Assembly: GCA_963745665.1 (NCBI GenBank)
Contig: CAVUYE010000003.1
Location: 466,492 to 530,491 of the forward strand
Source of the DNA: an uncultured Acidimicrobiaceae bacterium
GTDB lineage: Bacteria; Actinomycetota; Acidimicrobiia; Acidimicrobiales; RAAP-2
Reading direction: 5' to 3'
DNA length: 64,000 bases
A program made the translations under genes and the position numbers. Each line of letters opens with the position of its first letter. The first letter of the stretch is position 1. The notes under the pieces are model-generated. The model saw only the letters and a program-made list of their open reading frames with translations, was not told the origin of the DNA and made no database searches. Below, one piece after another: positions 9,383 through 19,115 of this stretch.

Positions 9383-9853
9383 TCAGCCCTCCGCCTGCGA
9401 GCTCCGCAGGCGCTCGGCCAGGCTCGCCATGACCTGCAGTGCGAAGGTCGGAGTCTCGCCGACCAGGAACAGGAACCTGTGCTTGTCGATGACGGCGATC
9501 GTCGAGTCCTCTGCGGCCACCGCGGTGGCACTGCGGGCTGAACCGTCGACGACGGCCATCTCCCCGAAGGTGTCATCGGGGCCGAGGCTGAAGGAATGGC
9601 CGTTGGTCATCTGGAGATCGACCCGGCCGGTGATGATCCCGAACATCTCCTGTCCGCTGGCGCCTTCCTCGAAGATCACCGTTCCCGCGGGAACTTCCCG
9701 TGTCTCCTTGGCGTTCTTGAACACTCCCAGAACCCTCACGCTCACAGGCTCATCCCCTTCGATCGTCCCGGCAAGACCCGTGCGGATCGCCTGGCCCTCG
9801 ATGGTAACGCCCGGCGCGACATGTTTGCCGGTGCACGGGCACCCGCCGGGCAC
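9383..9853 (-). CDS. cyclic-nucleotide-binding domain protein (no DNA-binding domain)
   Basis: cNMP-binding beta-roll (GTVIFEEGASGQEMFGIITGRVDL ... FGEMAVVDGSARSATAVA). The maximal ORF is given. Alternative GTG starts at 9745 and 9739 would leave a more normal divergent intergenic region. Confidence 0.7.
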   Translation of the reverse strand: MPGGCPCTGKHVAPGVTIEGQAIRTGLAGTIEGDEPVSVRVLGVFKNAKETREVPAGTVIFEEGASGQEMFGIITGRVDLQMTNGHSFSLGPDDTFGEMAVVDGSARSATAVAAEDSTIAVIDKHRFLFLVGETPTFALQVMASLAERLRSSQAEG

Positions 9854-9867
9854 GGCACAATAGAGGG

Positions 9868-10203
9868 GTGACGGACACCCAGCCTGAGTTGAGCGACGCC
9901 GAACGGGCCGATCGTCTGGGCAAGCTTCAGGGGATCATGGACCTGATGCGCCCGGCCGTGCAGGCCGACGGCGGTGACCTCGTCCTCGTCCGGGCCGATG
10001 TCGAGGCCGGGGTGATCGAGGTCCAGCTCCAAGGAGCCTGCAGCTCCTGCGCCATCAGCTCTGCGACCCTGTCCGGCGGGGTGGAGCGGATCCTGCGGGA
10101 GCGCCTGCCCTGGGTCACCGAGGTCGTGGGTGGCATCGACGACTCCCTCAGCGTCGACGAGAGCGCCGCGTTGGGCTCGGGCGGCTACGTCCCGAGCTTC
10201 TGA
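9868..10203 (+). CDS. NifU-like (Nfu C-terminal domain) Fe-S assembly protein
   Basis: 111-aa ORF with the motifs ADGGDLVLV ... GACSSC. Confidence 0.8.
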   Translation: MTDTQPELSDAERADRLGKLQGIMDLMRPAVQADGGDLVLVRADVEAGVIEVQLQGACSSCAISSATLSGGVERILRERLPWVTEVVGGIDDSLSVDESAALGSGGYVPSF

Positions 10204-10263
10204 GCCGCTCCCTCGCCTCCTTCTGACCCGAACGGTGGTCCGGGCTGCGCCGAGCTGATTGAT

Positions 10264-10286
10264 TAGTTAGCTCAACTAACTATACT
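10264..10286 (+). promoter_or_regulatory. AT-rich inverted repeat plus -10-like TATACT directly upstream of marR-type gene
   Basis: TAGTTAG (10264-10270) and CTAACTA (10276-10282) form a 7-bp inverted repeat with a 5-nt spacer. TATACT (10281-10286) ends 7 nt before ATG 10293. Confidence 0.35.
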
Positions 10287-10292
10287 GGAGGC

Positions 10293-10733
10293 ATGGCATC
10301 ACAGCGCGCCCAGGTGACCAACGAAGAGGTCTCCAGCCGCCTGCGCATCGCCGTGAACCGGCTGCAGCGCCGCCTTCGCCAGGAGTCGCTCGGCGGCCTC
10401 TCCCCGGCGCAGGCCTCTGCGCTTGGTTCGGTGGGCCGGCACGGGAGCCCCACCCTTGGTGAGCTGGCCGCCCTCGAACAGGTACAGCCTCCGACCATCA
10501 CGAGGATCGTCGCCAGCCTGACCGATGCGGGGATGGTGACCCGGGTGGCCGATCCCAACGACCGGCGCAGCGCCCGGGTCCGCATCACGCCGGCCGGCGA
10601 GCGCGCCCTTGAGCAGATGCGCACCCGCAAGAACGCCTTTTTGCTGCGCCGTCTCGACGACCTCACCCCCGAAGAGCAGCAGCGCGCCACCGATTTGGTC
10701 GAATTGCTCGAGCAGCTCTTGGTGGAACCGTGA
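10293..10733 (+). CDS. MarR family transcriptional regulator
   Basis: 146-aa ORF with a winged-HTH pattern (LSPAQASALGSVGRHGSPTLGELAALEQVQPPTITRIVASL...DRRSARV). It overlaps the MFS gene by 4 nt. Confidence 0.85.
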   Translation: MASQRAQVTNEEVSSRLRIAVNRLQRRLRQESLGGLSPAQASALGSVGRHGSPTLGELAALEQVQPPTITRIVASLTDAGMVTRVADPNDRRSARVRITPAGERALEQMRTRKNAFLLRRLDDLTPEEQQRATDLVELLEQLLVEP

Positions 10734-12061
10734 GGCGCCGCGTGCGCGCCGCGGGCCGCCGCACTTTTCGCGCCATTGCAGTCCGCAACTACCGCCTGTA
10801 CTTCACGGGCCAGGTGATCTCGGTGTCCGGGACGTGGATGCAGACGGTGGCGCAGGCCTACCTGATCCTCTTCCCGCTCCACGGCACAGGACTGGACGTC
10901 GCCATCGCCACCAGCCTCCAGTTCCTGCCCCTGCTGCTGTTCGGTCCCTTCGGCGGCCTGGTCGCCGACCGGGTCGACAAGCGCAAGGTGCTGTATGCCA
11001 CGCAGTCCACGGCAGGAGTTCTGGCCCTGATTCTGGGCACCTTGGTGGTGCTGCACTCGGCCGACCTGTGGGAGGTCTACGTGCTGGCGGCCGGCCTCGG
11101 GTTCGTCAACCTGTTCGACAACCCGGCGCGCCAGACCTTCGTCTCCGAGATGGTCGGGCTCGACCTGCTGCCCAATGCGGTCAGCCTCAACAGCGTCCTG
11201 ATGAACTCGGCTCGGGTGATCGGGCCGGCCATCGGCGGTGTGCTCATCGTCGTGTTCGGCGTCGCCGCCTGCTTCTACATCAATGCTGCGTCCTACGCCG
11301 CGGTGATCGTCGCGCTTGCCATGATGCGGGCCGCCGAGCTCTACCGCCGCCCCGGCGTGGTGCGGGCCAAGGGTCAGGTCCGGGAGGGCCTGCGCTATGT
11401 CTGGGCCACGCCCGACCTGAAGGTTCCGCTCATCTCCATGGCCGTGGTCGGCGTCTTCGCCTTCAACTTCACCGTGACTCTGCCGCTCCTGGCCAAGTTC
11501 ACCTTCCATGGCGGCGCCGGCCTCTACAGCTGGCTCCTGGCCGCCATGGGCGTGGGAGCGGTTGCCGGCGGTCTCGCCACGGCCTTCAGGAGCCGGCCGT
11601 CCACCCGGCTGCTGGCCGGCATCGGCCTGGTCTTCGGTGTCGCGATCCTGGCGGTGGCACTCGCTCCGACCGAGACCTGGGCCATCGTTCTGCTCGTCCC
11701 GATGGGAGCGGCGAGCATCTCGTTCGTCGCCACCAACAACGCCACCCTGCAGTTGCGGGCCGACCCCGCCATGCGGGGCCGGGTCATGTCACTCAACGCG
11801 ATCGCCTTCCTGGGCAGCACGCCGATCGGGGCGCCGCTCCTCGGCTACCTCAGCGACGCCACGAACCCGCGTGTCGCCCTTTCCGTCGGCGCGGTGGCGA
11901 CGCTCGTGGCCAGCGTCCCACTCTTCGTGCTCGGCGCCCGCCAGCGCCGCCAGGGCACCGAAGGCTTGGTCATGGGTCCTTCCGGCCCGGCATCCACGAA
12001 CGTGGTCGCCCTCCCGCTCCCGGCGACCGACGATGGCGAAGCAGTGAGCCGCAGTAGCTGA
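10730..12061 (+). CDS. MFS transporter (EntS/MFS_3-like efflux type)
   Basis: 443-aa ORF with about 12 hydrophobic helices and the motif GGLVADRVDKRKV after TM2. It is coupled to marR. Confidence 0.85.
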   Translation: MRRRVRAAGRRTFRAIAVRNYRLYFTGQVISVSGTWMQTVAQAYLILFPLHGTGLDVAIATSLQFLPLLLFGPFGGLVADRVDKRKVLYATQSTAGVLALILGTLVVLHSADLWEVYVLAAGLGFVNLFDNPARQTFVSEMVGLDLLPNAVSLNSVLMNSARVIGPAIGGVLIVVFGVAACFYINAASYAAVIVALAMMRAAELYRRPGVVRAKGQVREGLRYVWATPDLKVPLISMAVVGVFAFNFTVTLPLLAKFTFHGGAGLYSWLLAAMGVGAVAGGLATAFRSRPSTRLLAGIGLVFGVAILAVALAPTETWAIVLLVPMGAASISFVATNNATLQLRADPAMRGRVMSLNAIAFLGSTPIGAPLLGYLSDATNPRVALSVGAVATLVASVPLFVLGARQRRQGTEGLVMGPSGPASTNVVALPLPATDDGEAVSRSS

Positions 12062-12075
12062 GCAACGGAGGCCGC

Positions 12076-12495
12076 TCAGGCCGGGTGCACCAGTTCCTGG
12101 GCGACCGGCGACATCACGGCACCGAACTCGGCGACGAGTGACAGCAAGAGGTCGTCCACCGAGATGATCCCGGCGATCTCCTTGTCCTCGAGCACCGGAA
12201 GGCGCCTGGCCCCGGCTGTCTTGAACACCGTGAACGCGTCGAAGACGTCAGCCGAGCCCTGAATGGTGCGGGGGCCTGCAGTCATGACTGACTCCACTGG
12301 GGTCGAACAGGGCTTTCCCTCACCAACGCCGCGCACGGTGATGTCGCGGTCGGTCACGATCCCCACCAGACGACCACCGTCGACCACCAGGAGCGAGCCG
12401 ATGCCGTGGCTCCCCATTAGCCGCCCGGCCTCCTCGAGGGTGCATCCCGGAGGGACGGACACCGGCGCCGTCCGCAGGCACTCTCTCACCAGCAT
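12076..12495 (-). CDS. CBS-pair domain protein
   Basis: 139-aa ORF with two CBS repeats (HGIGSLLVVDGGRLVGIVTDRDI; RRLPVLEDKEIAGIISVDDL). Confidence 0.85.
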   Translation of the reverse strand: MLVRECLRTAPVSVPPGCTLEEAGRLMGSHGIGSLLVVDGGRLVGIVTDRDITVRGVGEGKPCSTPVESVMTAGPRTIQGSADVFDAFTVFKTAGARRLPVLEDKEIAGIISVDDLLLSLVAEFGAVMSPVAQELVHPA

Positions 12496-12532
12496 GGCTG
12501 TTCACCCCGTTCGCTGTGTCCGACCAGTCGTC

Positions 12533-13807
12533 CTACCCCCGCCCACAGTAGGGGAAACGGCGGTCTTGGCCCGTGCTCAGGTGGGCTTCGGCTCCTTGGG
12601 CGAGACCGAGCACACGCTCTCCCACGATGTTGCGCTGGATCTCGGCCGAGCCGCCCCAGATGGTCTCCGACCGCGAGAAGAAGAAGAGCGACTGCAGGTT
12701 GCTGACGGGGTAGCTCGCCTTGGCCCGGCGGGCTCCGGGCAGCAGCGTGTCCCCGCCGTCGTCGCCCTGCAGGATCTGACCGTCCATGCCCATGATGTCG
12801 ATCGCCAGCAGCATTGTCTCCTGGTGCGCTTCGGACCAGAACATCTTGTTGCACGCACCGAGCGCGGCCGTCGTGTGGGTGCCGTTGAGGACGTCGGTGA
12901 GCGTGCGGTAGCCGTTGATCTGCATGATCTTGATGTTCGACCACGAACGCGCCAGGCGCTGGCGGATCGAGGGATCATGGGAGCGGCCTCGCCGACGCGC
13001 CTCGCCCAGGATCTCGTCGAACTCCTTTTGGAAGCGCCGGTGGCCGGTGGTCGACGAGGTGCCCCGCTCGAAGCCGAGCGTCGTCATGGCGACCTTCCAT
13101 CCGTTGTTCACGCCGCCGATGACGTTGTCCTTCGGGCACCGCACGTTGGTGAAGAAGACCTCGTTGAACTCCGCCGAGCCGTCCACCTGTTCGATGGGCC
13201 GCACCTCCACGCCGGGCTGCTTCATGGGAACGAGGAGGTAGGAGATGCCGGCATGCTTCGGGGCGTCGGGGTCGGTGCGGGCAAGGAGGAAGATGTAGTC
13301 GGCGTACTGGGCCTGGGTCGTCCACACCTTCTGCCCGTTGACCACCCACTCGTCGCCGTCGAGCTCGGCCCGCGTCTTGAGGCTGGCCAGGTCCGAGCCG
13401 GCGTCGGGCTCGCTGAAGCCCTGGCACCACGCGATCTCGCCTTTCAAGATCCCAGGGATGAACTTGCTTCTTCTGTTCCTCGGTGCCCCACTGCAGGATC
13501 GTCGGGCCGACAAGGGTGTCGCCGAAGAAGTCGGCGCGCAAGGGTGCACCGGCGCGGGCGAACTCCTCGTTGAGCACGACCTGTTGCAGGAGGCTCAGGC
13601 CCTTGCCGCCGTATTCCGTCGGCCAGCTGGCGCAGATCCACTCACCCCCGTAGAGCTTGGCCGTCCACTCTTCGTTGAAGGCCTTGCGCTCGTCGGGTGT
13701 CATGGACGAAGCCGGGCTCGCCCCAGCGGTCGGGCAGATTCTGCTTCAGCCATGCCGGCGATCTCCGCCCTGAACTCGTCGGCTTCGGGCGGGTAGGCGA
13801 GGTCCAT
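12533..13807 (-). pseudogene. acyl-CoA dehydrogenase (FadE type), interrupted by three frameshifts as given
   Basis: The protein reads across four frames: MDLAYPPEADEFRAEIAG | WLKQNLPDRWGEPGFV | MTPDERKAFNEEW...GPTILQWGTEEQKK | KFIPGILKGEIAWCQGFSEPDAGSDLASL...GGSAEIQRNIVGERVLGL. The junctions lie near 13751, 13702 and 13468. Confidence 0.75.
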
Positions 13808-14148
13808 GGAGGGCACGGTACCCGTCCCCTTGCCCCCTCTGCGACCGATTGCGATCCGAATGCCCGGTGGGCAGCCCGGTAAGCTCTCGGCGGGAAACAT
13901 TGCGTCATCCCTCCCGCACAGGGACACGGAGAAGGAGGTGCGGCCATGTCGAGGGGCGAACCCCCCAGTAGAAAAGCCGGCGGATGCCACACTCCGTGCC
14001 GGCGCTGAGGCTCGCCCGACGCGTGCCCTGAGTCGGGAACACGCGGGAGCGCACAGAGGCAGACGCCGTTCGCTGATCCTCCGGTGCCGGTCGCGGCCAC
14101 CGGACATCCGATCCGAACCCATCTGAGGAAGCCACGGGAGGGAGCTCC

Positions 14149-15559
14149 ATGGCCACGCCACCGTCGACGAGCGCGCCGAGCCGCTCACGTTTGATCCCCG
14201 GTCGTTCCCGCGATCCGGAACGCCAACCCCACCAGCGCCGTCGGCGCACGCGTCGCATCCTCGCGTCCGAAGGCGTCTTCGACTCCATCGTGTCGCTGGC
14301 CGGCCTTCTGGGTCGACCGGTGCGGAACCAGACCGGCCAGGAGATCGGCCGGCTCGACGACGTCGTGGCCCGCTGGGCCGATGGGCAGATGTACCCGCCG
14401 GTCAGCGGTCTGGTCATCCGGGTCGGTCGACGTCTCGCCTTCGTCCCGGCCTCCGCCATCGACCGGATCGGCCATGCCGAGGTGGTCCTCCGCTCGGCCC
14501 GTCTCGACCTGCGCGACGTCATCCGCCGTTCCGGCGAGGTGCTGCTGGCCAAGGACGTCCTCGACCATCAGCTGGTCGACGTCGAGGGGGTCCAGGTCAT
14601 TCGCGCCGCCGACCTGTACTTGGCCGAGGTGATCGGCCGCATCCGGCTGGTGGGTGCCGATGTCTCCAACGCCACGCTCCTGCGCCGGCTCGGCCCGCGT
14701 CGGTGGCGCCCGCGCCCGACGCCCGATCGTGTGATCGACTGGGCCGCCATTCAGCCCTTCGCCGAGTCGGGCATGGATGCCGGCGGCGCGGCAACCCAGG
14801 TGCGCCTGAAGACGACCAACGAGGGTCTGCACCGGCTGAGACCCGGGGAGCTGGCCGACCTGCTGGAGGACCTGCGGCGCGATGAGCGGCGCGAGCTCCT
14901 GGCCGCACTGGGCCCCGACGAGGCCGCGGATGCCCTCGAGGAGATGCAGCCCGAGGACCTCGAGCAGCTCCTGCGGGAGTCGGACCCGGTCGAGGCGGCG
15001 CGGCTCCTGGCCGCCATGGAGCCGGACGAGGCGGTCGACGCGTTGCGAGACCTACCGGTGGCGCTGCGGGGCGAGGTCTTGCGTCACATCCCGGCCGTCG
15101 ACCGCGCTCGCGCTCCGCGAGTTGCTCGGCTACGAGGAGGACGAGGCGGGCGGCATCATGACGACCGCATTGGTCACGGCCAAGTCGGGAGAGAAGGTGA
15201 AGAAGGTCGTCGACCGCCTCTCCGAGGCCCGGGCGCACGGCGCCGACCTCGATGCGGTGGCGGTGGTCGACGACGACGGCCGGCTGCTCGATGACGTCTC
15301 CGTGCTCGATGTCCTGCTCGCGTTGCGAGCGTCGACCGATACACGCATGTCCGCGCTCGTCGGCGACGAGGACGTGGTGACGGTGCGCCCGCACACGTCG
15401 GCCGACGAAGCGGCCGGGCAGCTGATCGAAGCGCGACGCCACTCGATGGTCGTGGTCGACGACGAGGGACGCCCCATCGGGCGCATCCTGGCCGACGACC
15501 TCCTTGACGCGCTCGTCCCAACGAAGGGCCGCTTCCACTTTCCGCGCCTTCTGTCATGA
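14149..15559 (+). pseudogene. PRC-barrel + MgtE N-domain + CBS-pair protein without membrane domain; one frameshift as given
   Basis: ORF 14149..15294 joins ORF 14882..15559 near 15105 (...VLRHIPAVDRA | LALRELLGYEEDEAGGIMTT...). It has MgtE-N helical repeats and two CBS motifs, and ends ...FHFPRLLS with no TM helices. GGAGGGAG lies upstream of ATG 14149. Confidence 0.75.
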
Positions 15560-16797
15560 GGGTGCGGTCCATGAGGCGGTGGTGGATCTATGTCGCCGCC
15601 GCCGGGCCGGGGCTCATCGCCGCGGCCGCCGGCAACGACGCGGGCGGCATCGTCACCTACTCGTCCGCGGGTGCCCAATTCGTCTACCGCACGCTCTTCC
15701 TGATGGTGCTCATCACGGTGGCCTACGTGATCGTCCAGGAAATGGTGGCCCGTCTGGCCACCTACACCGGCAAAGGTCTGGCTGCGCTCATCAGAGAGGA
15801 ATTCGACCTCCGCCTGACGGCGTTCGCCATCATCGCCTTCGCCATCGCCAACATCGGCCTCATGGTGACCGAGTTCGGCGGCATCGCCACATCATTCGAG
15901 TTGTTCAGCGTCTCGCGCTACATCTCGGTGCCGATCGCCGCGGTGGCCATCTGGTCGCTGGTGCTCTTCGGTTCCTACCGCTACGCCGAGCGCATCTTTC
16001 TCCTGCTGACCCTCGTGTTCGTCGCCTACCCCATTGCCGCGGTTCTCGCCCACCCCAACTGGCACCAGGTCGCGGCCAATACCGTGTGGCCTCACTTCGT
16101 CGGCTCGAAATCGTTTCTCCTCCTCTCCGTTGCCCTGATCGGCACCACGATCACGCCCTACATCCAGTTGTACGAGGCGGGTGCGGTTGTCGACAAGGGT
16201 GTCAAGCCGGAGGACTACCGCTTTCAACGTGTCGACGCGATCACCGGCGCGGTCCTCGCCGCAATCGTGGCGATGTCGATCATCATCGCCACGGGGGCCA
16301 CCATCGGAGGCACCGGGCCCCTCACGTCGGCCACCACGGCTGCAGAGGGGCTCAAGCCCGTCGCCGGCGCCTTCGCCACCACGCTCTTTGGCATCGGGCT
16401 GCTCGGCGCCTCGGCTCTGGCTGCCGCGGTCGTCCCCTTGTCGACGTCGTACGCCGTGGCCGAAGCCATCGGCGTCGAGCGCTCGGTCTCGTCGAGCTTC
16501 CGCCAGGCTCCAGTCTTCCTCGGCATCTTCACCTTCCAGATCGTCATTGGCGCCGCCGTGGTGCTTGTCCCGGGCAACCTCATCACGCTCATCTTGAACA
16601 CCCAGGTGCTCGAGGGGGTCATCACGCCGATGACGCTGATCCTGATCCTGATCCTGGCCAACCGGCGTTCCTTGCTCGGGTCGGCGGCCAACGGGCCGGT
16701 GGCCCGCTGGGTGGGGGGATTGGCCATCGTCTCGGTCGCCATCGTGGCGGCCGTCTACGTCGTGTTGACGGTCCTCGGCTGGTTCGGCCTCGCCTGA
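15556..16797 (+). CDS. NRAMP (SLC11) family transporter, non-canonical metal site (NRMT-like)
   Basis: 413-aa ORF with an NRAMP-like start (GPGLIAAAAGNDAGGIVTYS) and about 11 TM helices. TM1 reads DAGG where DPGN is expected. TM6 reads GTTITPY where GAxxMPH is expected. An ATGA overlap links it to the upstream gene. Confidence 0.85.
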   Translation: MRVRSMRRWWIYVAAAGPGLIAAAAGNDAGGIVTYSSAGAQFVYRTLFLMVLITVAYVIVQEMVARLATYTGKGLAALIREEFDLRLTAFAIIAFAIANIGLMVTEFGGIATSFELFSVSRYISVPIAAVAIWSLVLFGSYRYAERIFLLLTLVFVAYPIAAVLAHPNWHQVAANTVWPHFVGSKSFLLLSVALIGTTITPYIQLYEAGAVVDKGVKPEDYRFQRVDAITGAVLAAIVAMSIIIATGATIGGTGPLTSATTAAEGLKPVAGAFATTLFGIGLLGASALAAAVVPLSTSYAVAEAIGVERSVSSSFRQAPVFLGIFTFQIVIGAAVVLVPGNLITLILNTQVLEGVITPMTLILILILANRRSLLGSAANGPVARWVGGLAIVSVAIVAAVYVVLTVLGWFGLA

Positions 16798-16894
16798 ACG
16801 GGGGCTCGACGGACCCCCAGGTGGACGCCGTTTGCGCAGTACCAGGGGGTTCGGGGAGGCTAGAGGGTCATGGTGAGCCGAGTCGGGACATCCG

Positions 16895-18305
16895 TTGCCT
16901 AAAACGCCTCGCCAGAAGTGGATCGAGACAAAGGAATCCTGGGAGCGCTCCCGCCACATCGAGTTGCCCGCCCCGGTGGCTGCCGCACCGCCGCAGCCTG
17001 GGGGTTTGCGTGTCGCCTTCCTGATCTATCGGGGCAATCCGCGCTGTGGGGGGCAGGGCGTCTACACGCGTCACCTGACCCGTGAGCTCCTCGCCCTGGG
17101 CCACTCCGTCGAGGTCTTCGCCGGTCCGCCGTGGCCCGAGCTCGACGAGGGGGTGGGATTCACACCGGTCCGCGGCCTCGACCTCTACCGCCAGCCGGAC
17201 CCCTTCCGTATCCCGCACCGCAGCGAGTTCACCTCCCGGGAGGACTGGACCGAGTTCGCCATCATGTGCACGGCCGGCTTCGGGGAGCCACTGGCCTATT
17301 CGTTGCGGGCCCGGCAACTCCTGGCGGAGCGCCGCGACGAATTCGATGTCGTGCACGACAACCAGTGCCTCGGCAACGGGATGCTGGGCATGGTCGAGGA
17401 CGGGTGGCCGCTCCTCACGACGTTGCACCACCCCATCACGGTCGACCGCCAGCTCGCGCTGTCGCACACGACGAATCCCTGGCAGCGGCTGACGACGCGC
17501 CGGTGGTTCGGGTTCCTCGGCATGCAGGTCCGGGTGGCGCGGGCGCTTCCCGCGGTGCTCACCGTGTCGCAGAATTCGCGTCAGGACATCGCGGCGCAGA
17601 TGGATGTCCGACCCGAACGGATGACAGTGGTCCCCGTCGGGGTCGATCAAACCGTGTTCCGGCCCTTCGACGACGTCACCCCGGTGCCGGGGCGGATCAT
17701 GGTCACCTCCAGCAGCGACGTCCCGATGAAGGGCCTGGTTCCTCTGCTTGAGGCGGTGGCCAAGTTGCGGACAGAGCGCGATGTCGAGCTGACCGTGATC
17801 GGCCGTCCCAACGAGGGGGGCCGGGTCGAGAAGGCCATCGCTCGCCTGGGGCTGGCCGACGCCGTGCACTGCGTGAGCGGTATTTCCGACGACGCGCTGG
17901 CCCACCTCTACGGCGAGGCTCAGGTGGCGGTCGTGCCCTCGCTCTACGAAGGGTTTTCGCTCCCCGCCATCGAGGCCATGTCGTGCGGCGTCGCCCTGGT
18001 CGCCACGACCGGTGGCGCGCTCCCGGAGGTCGTGGGCACCGATGGGGAGACGGGCCTGCTCGTGCCACCGGACGATCCCGGGCGCGCTGGCCGGTGCCAT
18101 CGGCCGTCTGCTCGACGACCCTGATCTGCGCGCCCGTCTCGGTGCCGCGGGACGCGAGCGGGTGGTGAGCCGGTTCACCTGGCAGGTCACGGCGGCCGGA
18201 ACGGCCGCCTGCTATCAGGCTGTCGTTGCCGGGCAGCCCCTCCCGGGAGCGCCGCCGCCCCGGGGCGGCGGACTGGAGACGTCGCTGGCCCGAGGAGCAG
18301 CCTGA
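16895..18305 (+). pseudogene. glycosyltransferase family 4 (GT-B), one frameshift as given
   Basis: ORF 16895..18124 joins ORF 18012..18305 near 18077, inside CCCGGG (...GLLVPPDDPG | ALAGAIGRLLDDPDLRARLG...). Motifs present: GGQGVYTRHL and the EX7E region YEGFSLPAIEAMSCG. The start is uncertain (TTG 16895, or in-frame 16964, 16976 or 17006). Confidence 0.75.
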
Positions 18306-19115
18306 TGCTGACGGTCGACTACGACCGGCTCGGGGTCGGACCGGGGGATCTGGTCCTCGACCTCGGGTGTGGATTCGGACGCCATGCCTTCGAGGCCGCC
18401 CGCCGGGGTGCGTCGGTGGTCGCCCTGGACGCCGGTCCCGAGGAAGTGGCGCAGGTCCGCGGCACGTTCGCCGCCATGATCGAACTGGGAGAGATCGCTC
18501 CGGGTCACCCTGCGACGGCAGTGCAGGGGGACGCCCTCGCACTGCCTTTCGCCGACGGCACCTTCGACCGGGTGATCGCGTCCGAGGTGCTCGAGCACAT
18601 TCCGGACGACTCCGCCGCCATGCGCGAGCTGTCCCGCGTCCTGCGCCCAGGCGGTGCGATGGCCGTGACGGTGCCGCGCTGCGGACCGGAGGTCATCAAC
18701 TGGGCCCTGTCGGACGAGTACCACGACACACCCGGGGGACATGTGCGCATCTACCGGCGCTCCACGCTGGAACGCCGTCTCGAGCTCGGCCGGGCTCGAG
18801 CCCACGGGCCACCACTTCGCCCATGGCCTGCACTCGCCGTACTGGTGGCTGCGTTGCCTCGTCGGTCCGTCGAACGATTCGCACCCTGCGGTCGAGGCGT
18901 ACCACAAGGTGCTGGTCTGGGACATCGTCAAGGCACCGTTCGTGACGCGCACCGCCGACCGGGTGTTGAGTCCCGTCATCGGCAAGAGCCTGGTGCTGTA
19001 CCTCACCAAGCCCGTCGCCGGCGTGGCGGACCTGACCGACTCGCGCCCCACCTTGCCCCGCGGCGTGCCCGGACGGCGCGGGCCGACCACACCGAGCCAG
19101 GGAGCTGCGGCATGA
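18305..19115 (+). pseudogene. class I SAM-dependent methyltransferase, one frameshift as given
   Basis: Motif I is VLDLGCGFGRH. ORF 18305.. joins ORF 18741..19115 near 18787 (...IYRRSTLERRLE | AGLEPTGHHFAHGLHSPYWW...). A TGATG overlap links it to the GT4 gene and an ATGA overlap links it to the next gene. Confidence 0.7.

Noticed and set aside
13870-13892. GGTAAGCTCTCGG resembles the conserved 3' element (GCUAAAGCUCUACG) of the M-box riboswitch.
   Set aside because: It lies only about 65 nt from the divergent gene start. There is no room for the about 150-nt M-box upstream of it, and no matching GUUAGGUGAGGCU-type 5' element was found.
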